39,107 bases of DNA from positions 1 through 39,107 of the IMG/VR virus record IMGVR_UViG_3300042923_000456; one strand, 5' to 3'. Position 1 is the stretch's first letter, and every line of letters starts with the position of its first letter. Positions 8,987 through 16,438 of the stretch are shown here, in pieces. The position numbers were made by a program, and so were the translations under genes. Source of the DNA: a virus. Taxonomy: Duplodnaviria > Caudoviricetes. The notes below the pieces were generated by a model. That model was given only the letters and a program-made list of their open reading frames with translations. It was not told the origin of the DNA and made no database searches.

Positions 8987-9130
8987 TTAGATAATAGTTT
9001 TAACTCTTGTTATCGTCTCTAGGGGAATGTTGTTTTTAATTATAAGCTTTGCTATCTCCTCCCCTAGTAAGTTTGAAAATTCTTCTGCGGTTTTAGTTTC
9101 GTAAACTACTGAAAATTTTATTTTTTTCAT
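8987..9130 (-). CDS. First early-lytic gene, hypothetical 47 aa
   Basis: Start reassigned to the ATG after AGGGGG, downstream of the leftward promoter. Confidence 0.6.
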   Translation of the reverse strand: MKKIKFSVVYETKTAEEFSNLLGEEIAKLIIKNNIPLETITRVKTII

Positions 9131-9166
9131 TCTACATTCCCCCTTTGTTTTGCCTTCCATGATTTT

Positions 9167-9195
9167 ATTATATTCACTATTAGTGAAATTGTAAA
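9167..9195 (-). promoter_or_regulatory. Early lytic sigma-A promoter
   Basis: TTTACA-17-TATAAT on the - strand. Confidence 0.8.
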
Positions 9196-9301
9196 CCCTC
9201 ATATTTCACTTTGAGAGAACGTTTAGAGCGATTATTCTTTTTTATCTCTTTTTATCTTGATTTTCCTATTATTTAGATGTATTATATTCTCTGATAGTGA
9301 A
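9173..9301. promoter_or_regulatory. Three repressor operators TTCWCT-N3-AGWGAA
   Basis: 9173-9187, 9205-9219, 9287-9301; first lies in the lytic promoter spacer, third over the cI transcription start. Confidence 0.8.
9257..9285 (+). promoter_or_regulatory. Repressor (lysogeny) promoter
   Basis: TTGATT-17-TATTAT. Confidence 0.7.
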
Positions 9302-9323
9302 TAATTAGAAAAGGAAGATTGAT

Positions 9324-9662
9324 ATGTTGTTAGGTAAAAGAATTAAAGAGTTGAGAAAATTAAACAAAATGACACTTAAGGACTTATCCGATATAACTAA
9401 TATTAAAACTGGACAGTTAAGTGAAGTAGAAAATAATAAAAAATCTTTGTCGCTAGAGAGTCTTGAAGCTGTTTGTAATGCTTTTAAAATTACTTTGTCT
9501 GATTTTTTTGATTCCGAAAAAGAAATAAGAGAGGAGGAAGATTTTTTAAATAAGCTTACTGAGGAAAAAAGATTATTATTTTGTAAAATAAAAGATCTCG
9601 AGATTGAAGATGTTAAAAAAGTTCTTAAAATAATAAGAATATTTGATGAAGAAAACGAATAA
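9324..9662 (+). CDS. CI/ImmR-like XRE repressor
   Basis: LGKRIKELRK...TLKDLS...LSEVENNKKSLS; first gene of the lysogeny operon. Confidence 0.9.
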   Translation: MLLGKRIKELRKLNKMTLKDLSDITNIKTGQLSEVENNKKSLSLESLEAVCNAFKITLSDFFDSEKEIREEEDFLNKLTEEKRLLFCKIKDLEIEDVKKVLKIIRIFDEENE

Positions 9663-9680
9663 AAGGAGGCAGGAAGGTTG

Positions 9681-9990
9681 TATGGTCATTGATGACTTTG
9701 AAAATGTAAAAGGCTATATGAAAATTCTACAGGACAGTGGTAAAATAAGAGTTGTGTACGAAAATTTTAATTCTTTATACGGCATGGTTTATAAAGGAAG
9801 AAACGAACAATATCTAATAATAATCAACTCAAGTTTGTGCATAGAAATGCAAAAAAGAATATATTGGCATGAGTCAAAACATATATATTCTCACATTTTG
9901 CATGAGGGCGACTGTATAACCTTCGAGAAAGAAGCAATTGAATTTAGCGATTACGCAATAACTATAGGAGATAATATCGTCGAATTATGA
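9681..9990 (+). CDS. ImmA/IrrE-like metallopeptidase (anti-repressor)
   Basis: IIINSSL...HESKH...E.EA..F; between repressor and integrase; start probably ATG at about 9682. Confidence 0.75.
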
Positions 9991-11492
9991 AAAGGATTGC
10001 AATATATAGTAGAAAAAGTAATTATGAAGAGAATAGTAATAGTACAAGCAATCAAATTAAGATTGTAAAAGATTATATGTCCAGGTATGGGGAATGTGAG
10101 TTCCTTGTATTTGAAGATGAAGGGTTTTCCGGGGGGAATACCAAAAGACCTGACTTTCAACGTATGCTTAATATGATAAGTAATAATAAAATTGACATAG
10201 TTGCAGTATACAAAATAGATCGTATTGCTCGTAATATAGTTGATTTTGTTAATACATATGATTTACTGCAAACATATAATGTAGGTCTTATAAGTGTTAC
10301 TGAAGCTTTTGACCTCACAACTGCAATGGGAAAAATGATTTTATTTGTGCTGGCAACTTTTGCAGAGCTTGAAAGAGATAATATTAAGCAGCGTATTAAA
10401 GATAACAAGATAGAAAATGCCAAGCTTGGTAGATGGGTAGGGGGCGGTGTCCCCCTTGGTTATGAGTCTATAGATGTTAACGAGAATGGTAAGATAAATA
10501 AATATCTAAAAATTGATGAAAGTAAAGCACCAATAATAAGAGATTTATATAGTAAGTTTATAGAGCTTCAAAATCTATCTATGACCAGCAAGTATATGGT
10601 AAAAACTTATGGTATTTTAAACACTGTTACGTCGCTTTCTAGGGTTCTTAGAAATGCAGCTTATGTTGAGTCTACTAATGAAGTTGTGACGTTCCTTAAG
10701 CGTAATTTTGAGGTATATGGAGAACCTAACGGCAAAGGGTTACTTTTGTACGGCAATAAAAGCAAACATAAACAAAATGTAGTTGAATTTTATGCTATCA
10801 GCAAGCATGATCCTATAATAGATGCTGAAACGTGGCTTAAAGTTCAACACTTAATTTCTACGCGGAAAATAGCTCAAAAGAATTGGTCGCATATGTCGTT
10901 TTTGAGCGGTCTTGTATTTTGCCCTTACTGCGGTGATAAAATGTGGCTATCAACATCAGGTTATCATGGTAAAATCTATTTTAGCTATAAGTGCCACAAC
11001 ACTAAATCGGGAAAATGCAGTAATAAATCTATAGCATCTTATAAATTAGAAAACGAGCTTATTGAAATGCTAACACAATACACAGTTAGTAAGAAAGCTT
11101 TCTTAGCTACATTTGAATTATTCCGTCCAGCAAATGAATATAATAAAGAGAAGTTAATAGAAAAAAACATAATTAAGAAAACTAAAGAGATTGAAAAACT
11201 TACAGAACAGTTACTTAAATTTGACGGTGCTGCTCTTGAGGTTGTAACTTCTAAAATCAATATATTGTCAGACGATATTAAAAGTTTAAAAGAGGATTTA
11301 TTTGTAATAGAAAAATCAAAAGCTTTTGATGATAACAAAAATATAAATTACGAATATGTATTTGATCAATTTAAAGTGTTTTTAAACACATTTGATTCGC
11401 TATCTGTAGAAGATAAAAGGCTTTTCTTAGGTAAGTTAATCAAGGCTATACACTGGGACGGTATAAACTACAGCGCTAAAGTTATAATCTAG
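9987..11492 (+). CDS. int: Large serine integrase
   Basis: IAIYSRKS catalytic motif, DEGFSG..RP, KIDRIARN, recombinase domain, CPYCG...C...C zinc ribbon and coiled coil. Confidence 0.96.
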   Translation: MKRIAIYSRKSNYEENSNSTSNQIKIVKDYMSRYGECEFLVFEDEGFSGGNTKRPDFQRMLNMISNNKIDIVAVYKIDRIARNIVDFVNTYDLLQTYNVGLISVTEAFDLTTAMGKMILFVLATFAELERDNIKQRIKDNKIENAKLGRWVGGGVPLGYESIDVNENGKINKYLKIDESKAPIIRDLYSKFIELQNLSMTSKYMVKTYGILNTVTSLSRVLRNAAYVESTNEVVTFLKRNFEVYGEPNGKGLLLYGNKSKHKQNVVEFYAISKHDPIIDAETWLKVQHLISTRKIAQKNWSHMSFLSGLVFCPYCGDKMWLSTSGYHGKIYFSYKCHNTKSGKCSNKSIASYKLENELIEMLTQYTVSKKAFLATFELFRPANEYNKEKLIEKNIIKKTKEIEKLTEQLLKFDGAALEVVTSKINILSDDIKSLKEDLFVIEKSKAFDDNKNINYEYVFDQFKVFLNTFDSLSVEDKRLFLGKLIKAIHWDGINYSAKVII

Positions 11493-11494
11493 CT

Positions 11495-11540
11495 GCGTAA
11501 GTATTTGTCGTTACCTCCAGGCGCGGATAATAATTTACGC
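11495..11540. other. Probable attP site
   Basis: 46-bp imperfect inverted repeat GCGTAAGTATTTGTC...GATAATAATTTACGC directly after the integrase stop. Confidence 0.65.
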
Positions 11541-11547
11541 GTAGATA

Positions 11548-11576
11548 TTGACTTGTAATGCAAATTGATGTACAAT
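11548..11576 (+). promoter_or_regulatory. Sigma-A promoter of the accessory operon
   Basis: TTGACT-17-TACAAT. Confidence 0.8.
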
Positions 11577-11591
11577 AAGAATATAAGATAA

Positions 11592-11615
11592 TGCGCAATT
11601 TGAAATTATTGCGAC
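11592..11615. other. dif-like palindromic site B
   Basis: TGCGCAATT-tgaaat-TATTGCGAC. Confidence 0.65.
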
Positions 11616-11637
11616 TTTGAAAGGAGATAAAAGTTGT

Positions 11638-11784
11638 ATGAATGAATATGTGATTGTATATAAGGCTGATATTTATAGAGAAACTACTATAATAGCAAAC
11701 AATAAGAAAGAAGCTATGGACAAGTTTAGAAAAGAAGTAGGAGTATATGGAGTTTGTTCGTGTGAATTAGCTGACGAAGATTAA
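11638..11784 (+). CDS. Hypothetical protein, 48 aa
   Basis: MNEYVIVYKAD... with AAGGAG SD. Confidence 0.7.
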   Translation: MNEYVIVYKADIYRETTIIANNKKEAMDKFRKEVGVYGVCSCELADED

Positions 11785-11803
11785 TTTTAAGGAGGAAAAA
11801 TAA

Positions 11804-11962
11804 ATGAATAAAGTTAAAAGAAGTGCAAAAGAAGGAGAAACAATAGAAATTATAAAAACAGGAGAAGTTAAGAAGGTTAAATTTACTTTTATGGGTGGGG
11901 TTCATGTAGCTGATAATCACCTTACAAGTTTTTTAGATGATGAATATTTAGTTTTAGAGTAG
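11804..11962 (+). CDS. Hypothetical protein, 52 aa
   Basis: MNKVKRSAKEGE...EYLVLE with AGGAGG SD. Confidence 0.72.
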   Translation: MNKVKRSAKEGETIEIIKTGEVKKVKFTFMGGVHVADNHLTSFLDDEYLVLE

Positions 11963-11986
11963 TTCGTAATTCAAGAATATTTTGAA
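11963..11986. other. dif-like palindromic site C
   Basis: TTCGTAATT-caagaa-TATTTTGAA, immediately after a stop and running into the next SD. Confidence 0.6.
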
Positions 11987-11998
11987 GGAGGTATAAAG

Positions 11999-12142
11999 TT
12001 GATAGGCACAGTAGTAGACTACTCTAAATATATTATTAAAATCTTAAGCGGTGAAAAACTATTTACTTTTAATTTAGAAGATATTAGTAATATTAGAATA
12101 GGCAAACAGGTAGAGTTTGACGAGAAAGGGTTGATAGATTGA
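11999..12142 (+). CDS. Hypothetical protein, 47 aa (possible OB-like fold)
   Basis: TTG start after AGGAGG; MIGTVVDY...IRIGKQVEF. Confidence 0.65.
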   Translation: MIGTVVDYSKYIIKILSGEKLFTFNLEDISNIRIGKQVEFDEKGLID

Positions 12143-12303
12143 AAACATTCAATATGAGAATGACGGAAGATGAATACAAAAAGCTTTTAGAAGATGCAGA
12201 GAAATTAGGTTTTGTAACTGCTAAAGGCGTAATACAAAAGACTGCTTATGTAAAGTTTTTACTTAATAATGTAAAAGTAGATGTTAAATTGAAAGGAGAA
12301 TAA
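12139..12303 (+). CDS. Ribbon-helix-helix (CopG-like) regulator, 54 aa
   Basis: KTFNMRMTEDEYKKLLEDAEKLG...KTAYVKFLL. Confidence 0.7.
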   Translation: MKTFNMRMTEDEYKKLLEDAEKLGFVTAKGVIQKTAYVKFLLNNVKVDVKLKGE

Positions 12304-12307
12304 ATAC

Positions 12308-12778
12308 TTGTCCAAAATATTTAAAAGTTGGAAATCTCCAGCTATAATTATTTTATTGCTTATTTTCGCTATAATGTTTAGATGGAATAATATTGGTTCT
12401 ACAACCAAGGATGGTGTACTTATTATAACCACGCAAGATAGATGGAATGGAGCTATATTGCAAAAAACAATTAAAGGCGGAAGTTATTCAGAAAGCATTA
12501 TAAAAAGTTCTTGGTTTGAATCTTTAAGAAAACCAATTAAAAAAGAAGTAGAATATAAAGATATTACATTGCAAGACGAACCGAATTCATCTTTTGGAAA
12601 TGATTATAAATTTGTAAATAAAAAATCGCATGAAGAATCTAAAACAAAAATTGTACAAGTTCCGCCTAATCCTATATATCTATTAAGCAGCAAAGGTCTT
12701 ATAAAGGTATGGATTAGCATAACTTCATTAAGTATTATATGGTTGATTTTTACTGTAATAAAAAAGGCTAGGGGTTAA
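12308..12778 (+). CDS. Two-TM membrane protein (moron; possible superinfection exclusion)
   Basis: N- and C-terminal hydrophobic helices; lysogenic orientation. Confidence 0.7.
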   Translation: MSKIFKSWKSPAIIILLLIFAIMFRWNNIGSTTKDGVLIITTQDRWNGAILQKTIKGGSYSESIIKSSWFESLRKPIKKEVEYKDITLQDEPNSSFGNDYKFVNKKSHEESKTKIVQVPPNPIYLLSSKGLIKVWISITSLSIIWLIFTVIKKARG

Positions 12779-12794
12779 ATCCTAGCCTTAATTT
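12761..12794. terminator. Terminator between convergent operons
   Basis: AAGGCTAGG...CCTAGCCTT hairpin. Confidence 0.8.
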
Positions 12795-13120
12795 TATAAA
12801 CTATTATTTATTTTACCATCGTCCATATAATCCACAGCTTTTACATATAAAGCATGTACAATAGGTTTCAAGTTATCCTCAGTTACAAATGGTATTTTAA
12901 GCTTTTTAAGCAATAGATACAATGCTTTTACTGCCCACTCTTCCTGCTGTTGTCCATTTGCCAATATATTTTCTTTTGATAGCTGCTTTGCTTTTAACAT
13001 AAGTGCATAAGCTTGCTGCTTTGTCCATTGCCAGCCCATCACACAACACATAACAACTATGGATATTACCCATAGTATTATGTACCTATATTCCCATAAA
13101 AGATTTTTTAATAATTCCAT
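12794..13120 (-). CDS. Holin-like membrane protein
   Basis: N-terminal TM then AYALMLKAK...GQQQEEWAV; follows endolysin. Confidence 0.6.
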   Translation of the reverse strand: MELLKNLLWEYRYIILWVISIVVMCCVMGWQWTKQQAYALMLKAKQLSKENILANGQQQEEWAVKALYLLLKKLKIPFVTEDNLKPIVHALYVKAVDYMDDGKINNSL

Positions 13121-13131
13121 CTATATTCCTC

Positions 13132-13803
13132 CTAAACTATTTTAAATTCTATTGATTCTAGTCTTAAACCTTCTCCAGTTGTACCAAGTACATTACCCTC
13201 AACACATGGAATAAATTCTGTCCAGCCTTTATTTTGAATATGTACTCTAGCCATTAAACCGTGATAGTCTGGCTTAGGTTCTTCTACTTCTTGCCCTGTT
13301 AAAGCCTTTACAATCCTCTTTGCAATTGCATCTATACCAACGGTATCGACTTTGTCCATATCTTCTTGAGAGTCCACAAAAGCTACTTCTAAAAGCACGG
13401 CAGGAGCATTAGTATTCCTAATTACATATAATCCAGAGCCTAACTTTACACCACGGTCAATAAATCCTAAACTTACAACTTCCTCCACTAACCTTGCAGC
13501 AAACGCCCTTCCTGCATCCGACATCGCATAAGCTTCAGTTCCTTTACCTCCACCAGCATTAAAATGAATTGATAGAAAGAAATCTACATTATCCCTATTG
13601 GCTACTGTAGAACGCAAATATAGGCTTTCTGTTAGGCTTGAAGCTGTAACAGGTGTACAATCGGTTACCTCGTGTCCTTGCAGTCTTAAATACTCTATAA
13701 CCTTATCTCCTAAAGCTAATGTTAGATTATCTTCTTTTCTTACTCCTACTGCTCCAGTGTCGTATGGGCAATTATGCCCTTTGTCTATCCCAAACTTCGC
13801 CAT
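13132..13803 (-). CDS. Endolysin, N-acetylmuramoyl-L-alanine amidase (Amidase_3) with a ChW-like C-terminal repeat
   Basis: IDKGH, E, SIHFNA, AVLLEVAFVD; HIQNKGW...GTTGEGLRLESI. Confidence 0.93.
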   Translation of the reverse strand: MAKFGIDKGHNCPYDTGAVGVRKEDNLTLALGDKVIEYLRLQGHEVTDCTPVTASSLTESLYLRSTVANRDNVDFFLSIHFNAGGGKGTEAYAMSDAGRAFAARLVEEVVSLGFIDRGVKLGSGLYVIRNTNAPAVLLEVAFVDSQEDMDKVDTVGIDAIAKRIVKALTGQEVEEPKPDYHGLMARVHIQNKGWTEFIPCVEGNVLGTTGEGLRLESIEFKIV

Positions 13804-13817
13804 TTATAAATCTCTCC

Positions 13818-14081
13818 TTACTTAAATTTTTTACGCAGATGATTAATTCTAATTTCACCTACGTATTTTACATCTAGATCTTTTACGCTTTTTACGTCAT
13901 TCTTTATAGCATAATCTTGTATTTCTTTAGCAAGAATAGGACCTATATCATATACCTGTTCTATTTCTTGTAGCGTGGCATATCGAATGTCTTGTTTATC
14001 TGTAGCCATGTAAATAACAGTAAATGTAAGAATAACAAATAATCCAGCTATCAAAATTATTCTCTTATAATATTTACCCAT
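13818..14081 (-). CDS. Membrane-anchored ComEA-like helix-hairpin-helix protein
   Basis: TM then DIRYATLQEIEQVYDIGPILAKEI...VKYVGE. Confidence 0.75.
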   Translation of the reverse strand: MGKYYKRIILIAGLFVILTFTVIYMATDKQDIRYATLQEIEQVYDIGPILAKEIQDYAIKNDVKSVKDLDVKYVGEIRINHLRKKFK

Positions 14082-14082
14082 A

Positions 14083-14274
14083 TTATTTCCTCGCCATGTT
14101 GAGTATTACAGTTAATAAAGTAACTACAGATGTGCCCATTAAGCCTATTAACCACAACATTATTTTGCTTTGAAAGTCTTTTATATCCTTTATATCTTGC
14201 TTCACGCTGTCAACTTTTGTCTCGACTATAGACATTCTGTTTTCTATAAGCCTTATTCTTTCTTCTTGATCCAT
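14083..14274 (-). CDS. XhlA-like holin/hemolysin
   Basis: Coiled-coil N-terminus plus C-terminal TM; first in lysis cassette. Confidence 0.7.
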   Translation of the reverse strand: MDQEERIRLIENRMSIVETKVDSVKQDIKDIKDFQSKIMLWLIGLMGTSVVTLLTVILNMARK

Positions 14275-14307
14275 TTGTGACCTCCTCTATGTAATCTGAG
14301 TAGGGTA

Positions 14308-14335
14308 ATAAAAAAGGAACCCATAAGGCTCCTTA
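14308..14335 (-). terminator. Intrinsic terminator
   Basis: AAGGAGCC-ttat-GGGTTCCTT followed by T run. Confidence 0.7.
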
Positions 14336-14340
14336 AGTGA

Positions 14341-14487
14341 TTATTTTGATTTAAAATGTTCCAATAACTCTTCTTTATTCTTGTCTCTTGCTCTATATGT
14401 GTAATATTCGTTATTTATAACCATTTCAACATGGTCTAAATCTTTCATACATTTCATCAAATACCATATGGCTATTCTTTTTATCAT
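14341..14487 (-). CDS. Hypothetical protein, 48 aa
   Basis: MIKRIAIWYLMK... with AGGAGG SD. Confidence 0.65.
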   Translation of the reverse strand: MIKRIAIWYLMKCMKDLDHVEMVINNEYYTYRARDKNKEELLEHFKSK

Positions 14488-14506
14488 ATATCCTCCTTAT
14501 CATAAA

Positions 14507-14764
14507 CTAACGAATCGATGGTTCAGTTATATCAATAAAAAAATCTATACCGCAATAATGTGTTTCTTTCCATAAATGAGCATATCCGTTAATAGCTATA
14601 ATTTCCACAATTGTTTCTATACAATCGATATCCACTTTTGTAAATTGCTCCTTCTTAGTTTCTTCACATATACCGCCATTTTCGATTAGCAACCCGGGCA
14701 ATAATTCCTCTAGTTGTTCTTTGCAATAGTCTAATCCTGTTGCGGAATGTATAATAACTTTCAT
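14507..14764 (-). CDS. Hypothetical protein
   Basis: ORF with AAGGAG SD. Confidence 0.7.
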   Translation of the reverse strand: MKVIIHSATGLDYCKEQLEELLPGLLIENGGICEETKKEQFTKVDIDCIETIVEIIAINGYAHLWKETHYCGIDFFIDITEPSIR

Positions 14765-14789
14765 TTTTTCTCTCCTTTAAGCTGTATAC

Positions 14790-14882
14790 TTACTTATAAA
14801 TATATGCAAATAACAGTAAATATATTATTAAAACATATATAGCTTGTTCCCAGTTGATATATTTAAGATGTTTCTTTATCAT
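14790..14882 (-). CDS. Small hydrophobic peptide, 30 aa
   Basis: MIKKHLKYINWEQAIYVLIIYLLLFAYIYK, GAGG SD, ATGA coupling. Confidence 0.55.
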   Translation of the reverse strand: MIKKHLKYINWEQAIYVLIIYLLLFAYIYK

Positions 14883-15040
14883 ATATCCTCTACTTTTTCT
14901 GACGTTAATCCTTTTACGCCGCGCTTATTTAGTTCTTCATGCGCTTTTTTTCTTATTTCTTCAATTGTATCACCGCTTATAAACATATAGTCTTGAGTTC
15001 CATCCTTATATTCAAAATATATTTTATATTTCATGTACAT
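14879..15040 (-). CDS. Hypothetical protein, 53 aa
   Basis: MYMKYKIYFEYKDGTQD... with AGGGG SD. Confidence 0.65.
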   Translation of the reverse strand: MYMKYKIYFEYKDGTQDYMFISGDTIEEIRKKAHEELNKRGVKGLTSEKVEDI

Positions 15041-15048
15041 ATTCCCCT

Positions 15049-15192
15049 TTACGCCGTATACTTGCTTACTATTTTATCTAATTCTCTATTTAAAGATTCC
15101 TTAAGTCCTGTTTTATTAGCTTCTTTCGATGCCCACTCTAAAGAAAGATCAAGTATTCCTAAGCATTTCCGCAATTCCTTATTACCCTTCAA
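15049..15192 (-). CDS. Hypothetical protein, 47 aa
   Basis: TTG start overlapping the antirepressor stop, AGGAG SD. Confidence 0.6.
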   Translation of the reverse strand: MKGNKELRKCLGILDLSLEWASKEANKTGLKESLNRELDKIVSKYTA

Positions 15193-16025
15193 ATCACTCC
15201 TTTCTGACTGGTTAGAAAATTTAAAGCTACTAGTTCTTCTTTATAAACTACCTTAAAGGTCTTTTTATTACCTTTAATTTCTGTAGGTTTACCATTATCA
15301 TATAGCCAGTTCTTTACCTTTTCTATAACACTTTCAGAATATTTAGTAACAGTTCCTTGCCAGTTAGATGTGCTTTCCCATACAGATGCCATTTCATCTT
15401 CTTCTATATCTAGCTTATCAATTATTGCAGTTACAGCTTGACCATGAGGTTTATTTGATGTGCTGTATAATCCTATCTTTTTAGCTATTCCTAATCCGTC
15501 GTAATAACTTTGCTCTGATACTACATCAATAGGAAGGTCTATTCCTGCAGCTTTATATATTGTTTTGGTTATTAATGCTTGAGACATTGTGCTAACTCCT
15601 GCAGCTTGTGCTATTCCTAGTAAGAATTGACAATTTTCTAACGCTTTATCTGGAGATAATCCTTTAAATGCAGTTTGAGCCACTTGCGCAATCTTCTTAA
15701 CTTTAAAGTAGGTATCTTCTAGCTGTTCGTATACGTCCCAAGCTTCATCAGTATCAAGTATTTTTGCGTGTCTTGCAGCTCCCATTTCAGTCCATAGATA
15801 CAGAATAGATACGTATTTAAGGCTTTCATCATTAAGATGATACCCTTTAAATTGCTTTAATTCTTCTCCTTCAAGCCTGTAATAATGTTTACCTTCAACA
15901 AATCGTGCTATATTCCTATTAAAGTTATTGCTTATTATTTTATCTTCTGTCCCAAATTGTTCTGCTAAAACCGCTGTTGTCATTATTCTTTGATTTTTAA
16001 ATTCGATTGGCATTAATTGATTCAC
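15189..16025 (-). CDS. ORF6N (KilA-N-like) domain antirepressor
   Basis: IEFKNQRIMTT..LAE..G...NFNRN..RFVEGKHY...LYLWTEMGAARHAKILDTDEAW. Confidence 0.88.
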   Translation of the reverse strand: MNQLMPIEFKNQRIMTTAVLAEQFGTEDKIISNNFNRNIARFVEGKHYYRLEGEELKQFKGYHLNDESLKYVSILYLWTEMGAARHAKILDTDEAWDVYEQLEDTYFKVKKIAQVAQTAFKGLSPDKALENCQFLLGIAQAAGVSTMSQALITKTIYKAAGIDLPIDVVSEQSYYDGLGIAKKIGLYSTSNKPHGQAVTAIIDKLDIEEDEMASVWESTSNWQGTVTKYSESVIEKVKNWLYDNGKPTEIKGNKKTFKVVYKEELVALNFLTSQKGVI

Positions 16026-16058
16026 TATAAATTCCTCCTTTTAATTCACCTAGAGGTA

Positions 16059-16145
16059 TGCTATAATGAATTTGCATATCTTCTAGATGTGCTGTTTAAG
16101 AAAGCTTATTGCGTTTGGTTGCGGGTAGGCTTTCTTTATTTTTTG
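16059..16145 (+). ncRNA. Putative antisense sRNA (sar-like) with its promoter
   Basis: Extended -10 TGcTATAAT at 16059-16067 and hairpin plus T-tract at 16098-16145 on the + strand, opposite the ant leader. Confidence 0.5.
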
Positions 16146-16282
16146 ACTATCTCCCCATACAAATCTTCTTTTATCTTTTCAAGAATATAGTCTTTTAATG
16201 AAATTCCTCTTTGGGCTATATATACTTTTATATCTTTATGCAATTCTTCGTCAATTCGTATGGTAATAGTTTTTTCTGGCAT
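16136..16282 (-). CDS. Arc/Mnt-like ribbon-helix-helix repressor, 48 aa
   Basis: KTITIRIDEELHKDIKVYIAQRGISLKDYILEKI; GGAGGTG SD. Confidence 0.82.
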   Translation of the reverse strand: MPEKTITIRIDEELHKDIKVYIAQRGISLKDYILEKIKEDLYGEIVKK

Positions 16283-16298
16283 ATTCTCACCTCCTATT

Positions 16299-16330
16299 TA
16301 CAGTATATACTGCAATACTGCATAAATCAA
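16299..16330 (-). promoter_or_regulatory. Promoter of the RHH-ant operon with overlapping operator repeats
   Basis: TTGATT-17-TATACT; TGCAGTAT direct and inverted repeats over spacer and -10. Confidence 0.75.
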
Positions 16331-16438
16331 GAGGTAATTGCAAATAAATAAAATAAATTTTCCTCAAAATGTTGGGGAAACTAAAAGAAGTAGATTTCTC
16401 TACTTCCTCTTATATTTATTTATAGTGTTTTTGCGCAT

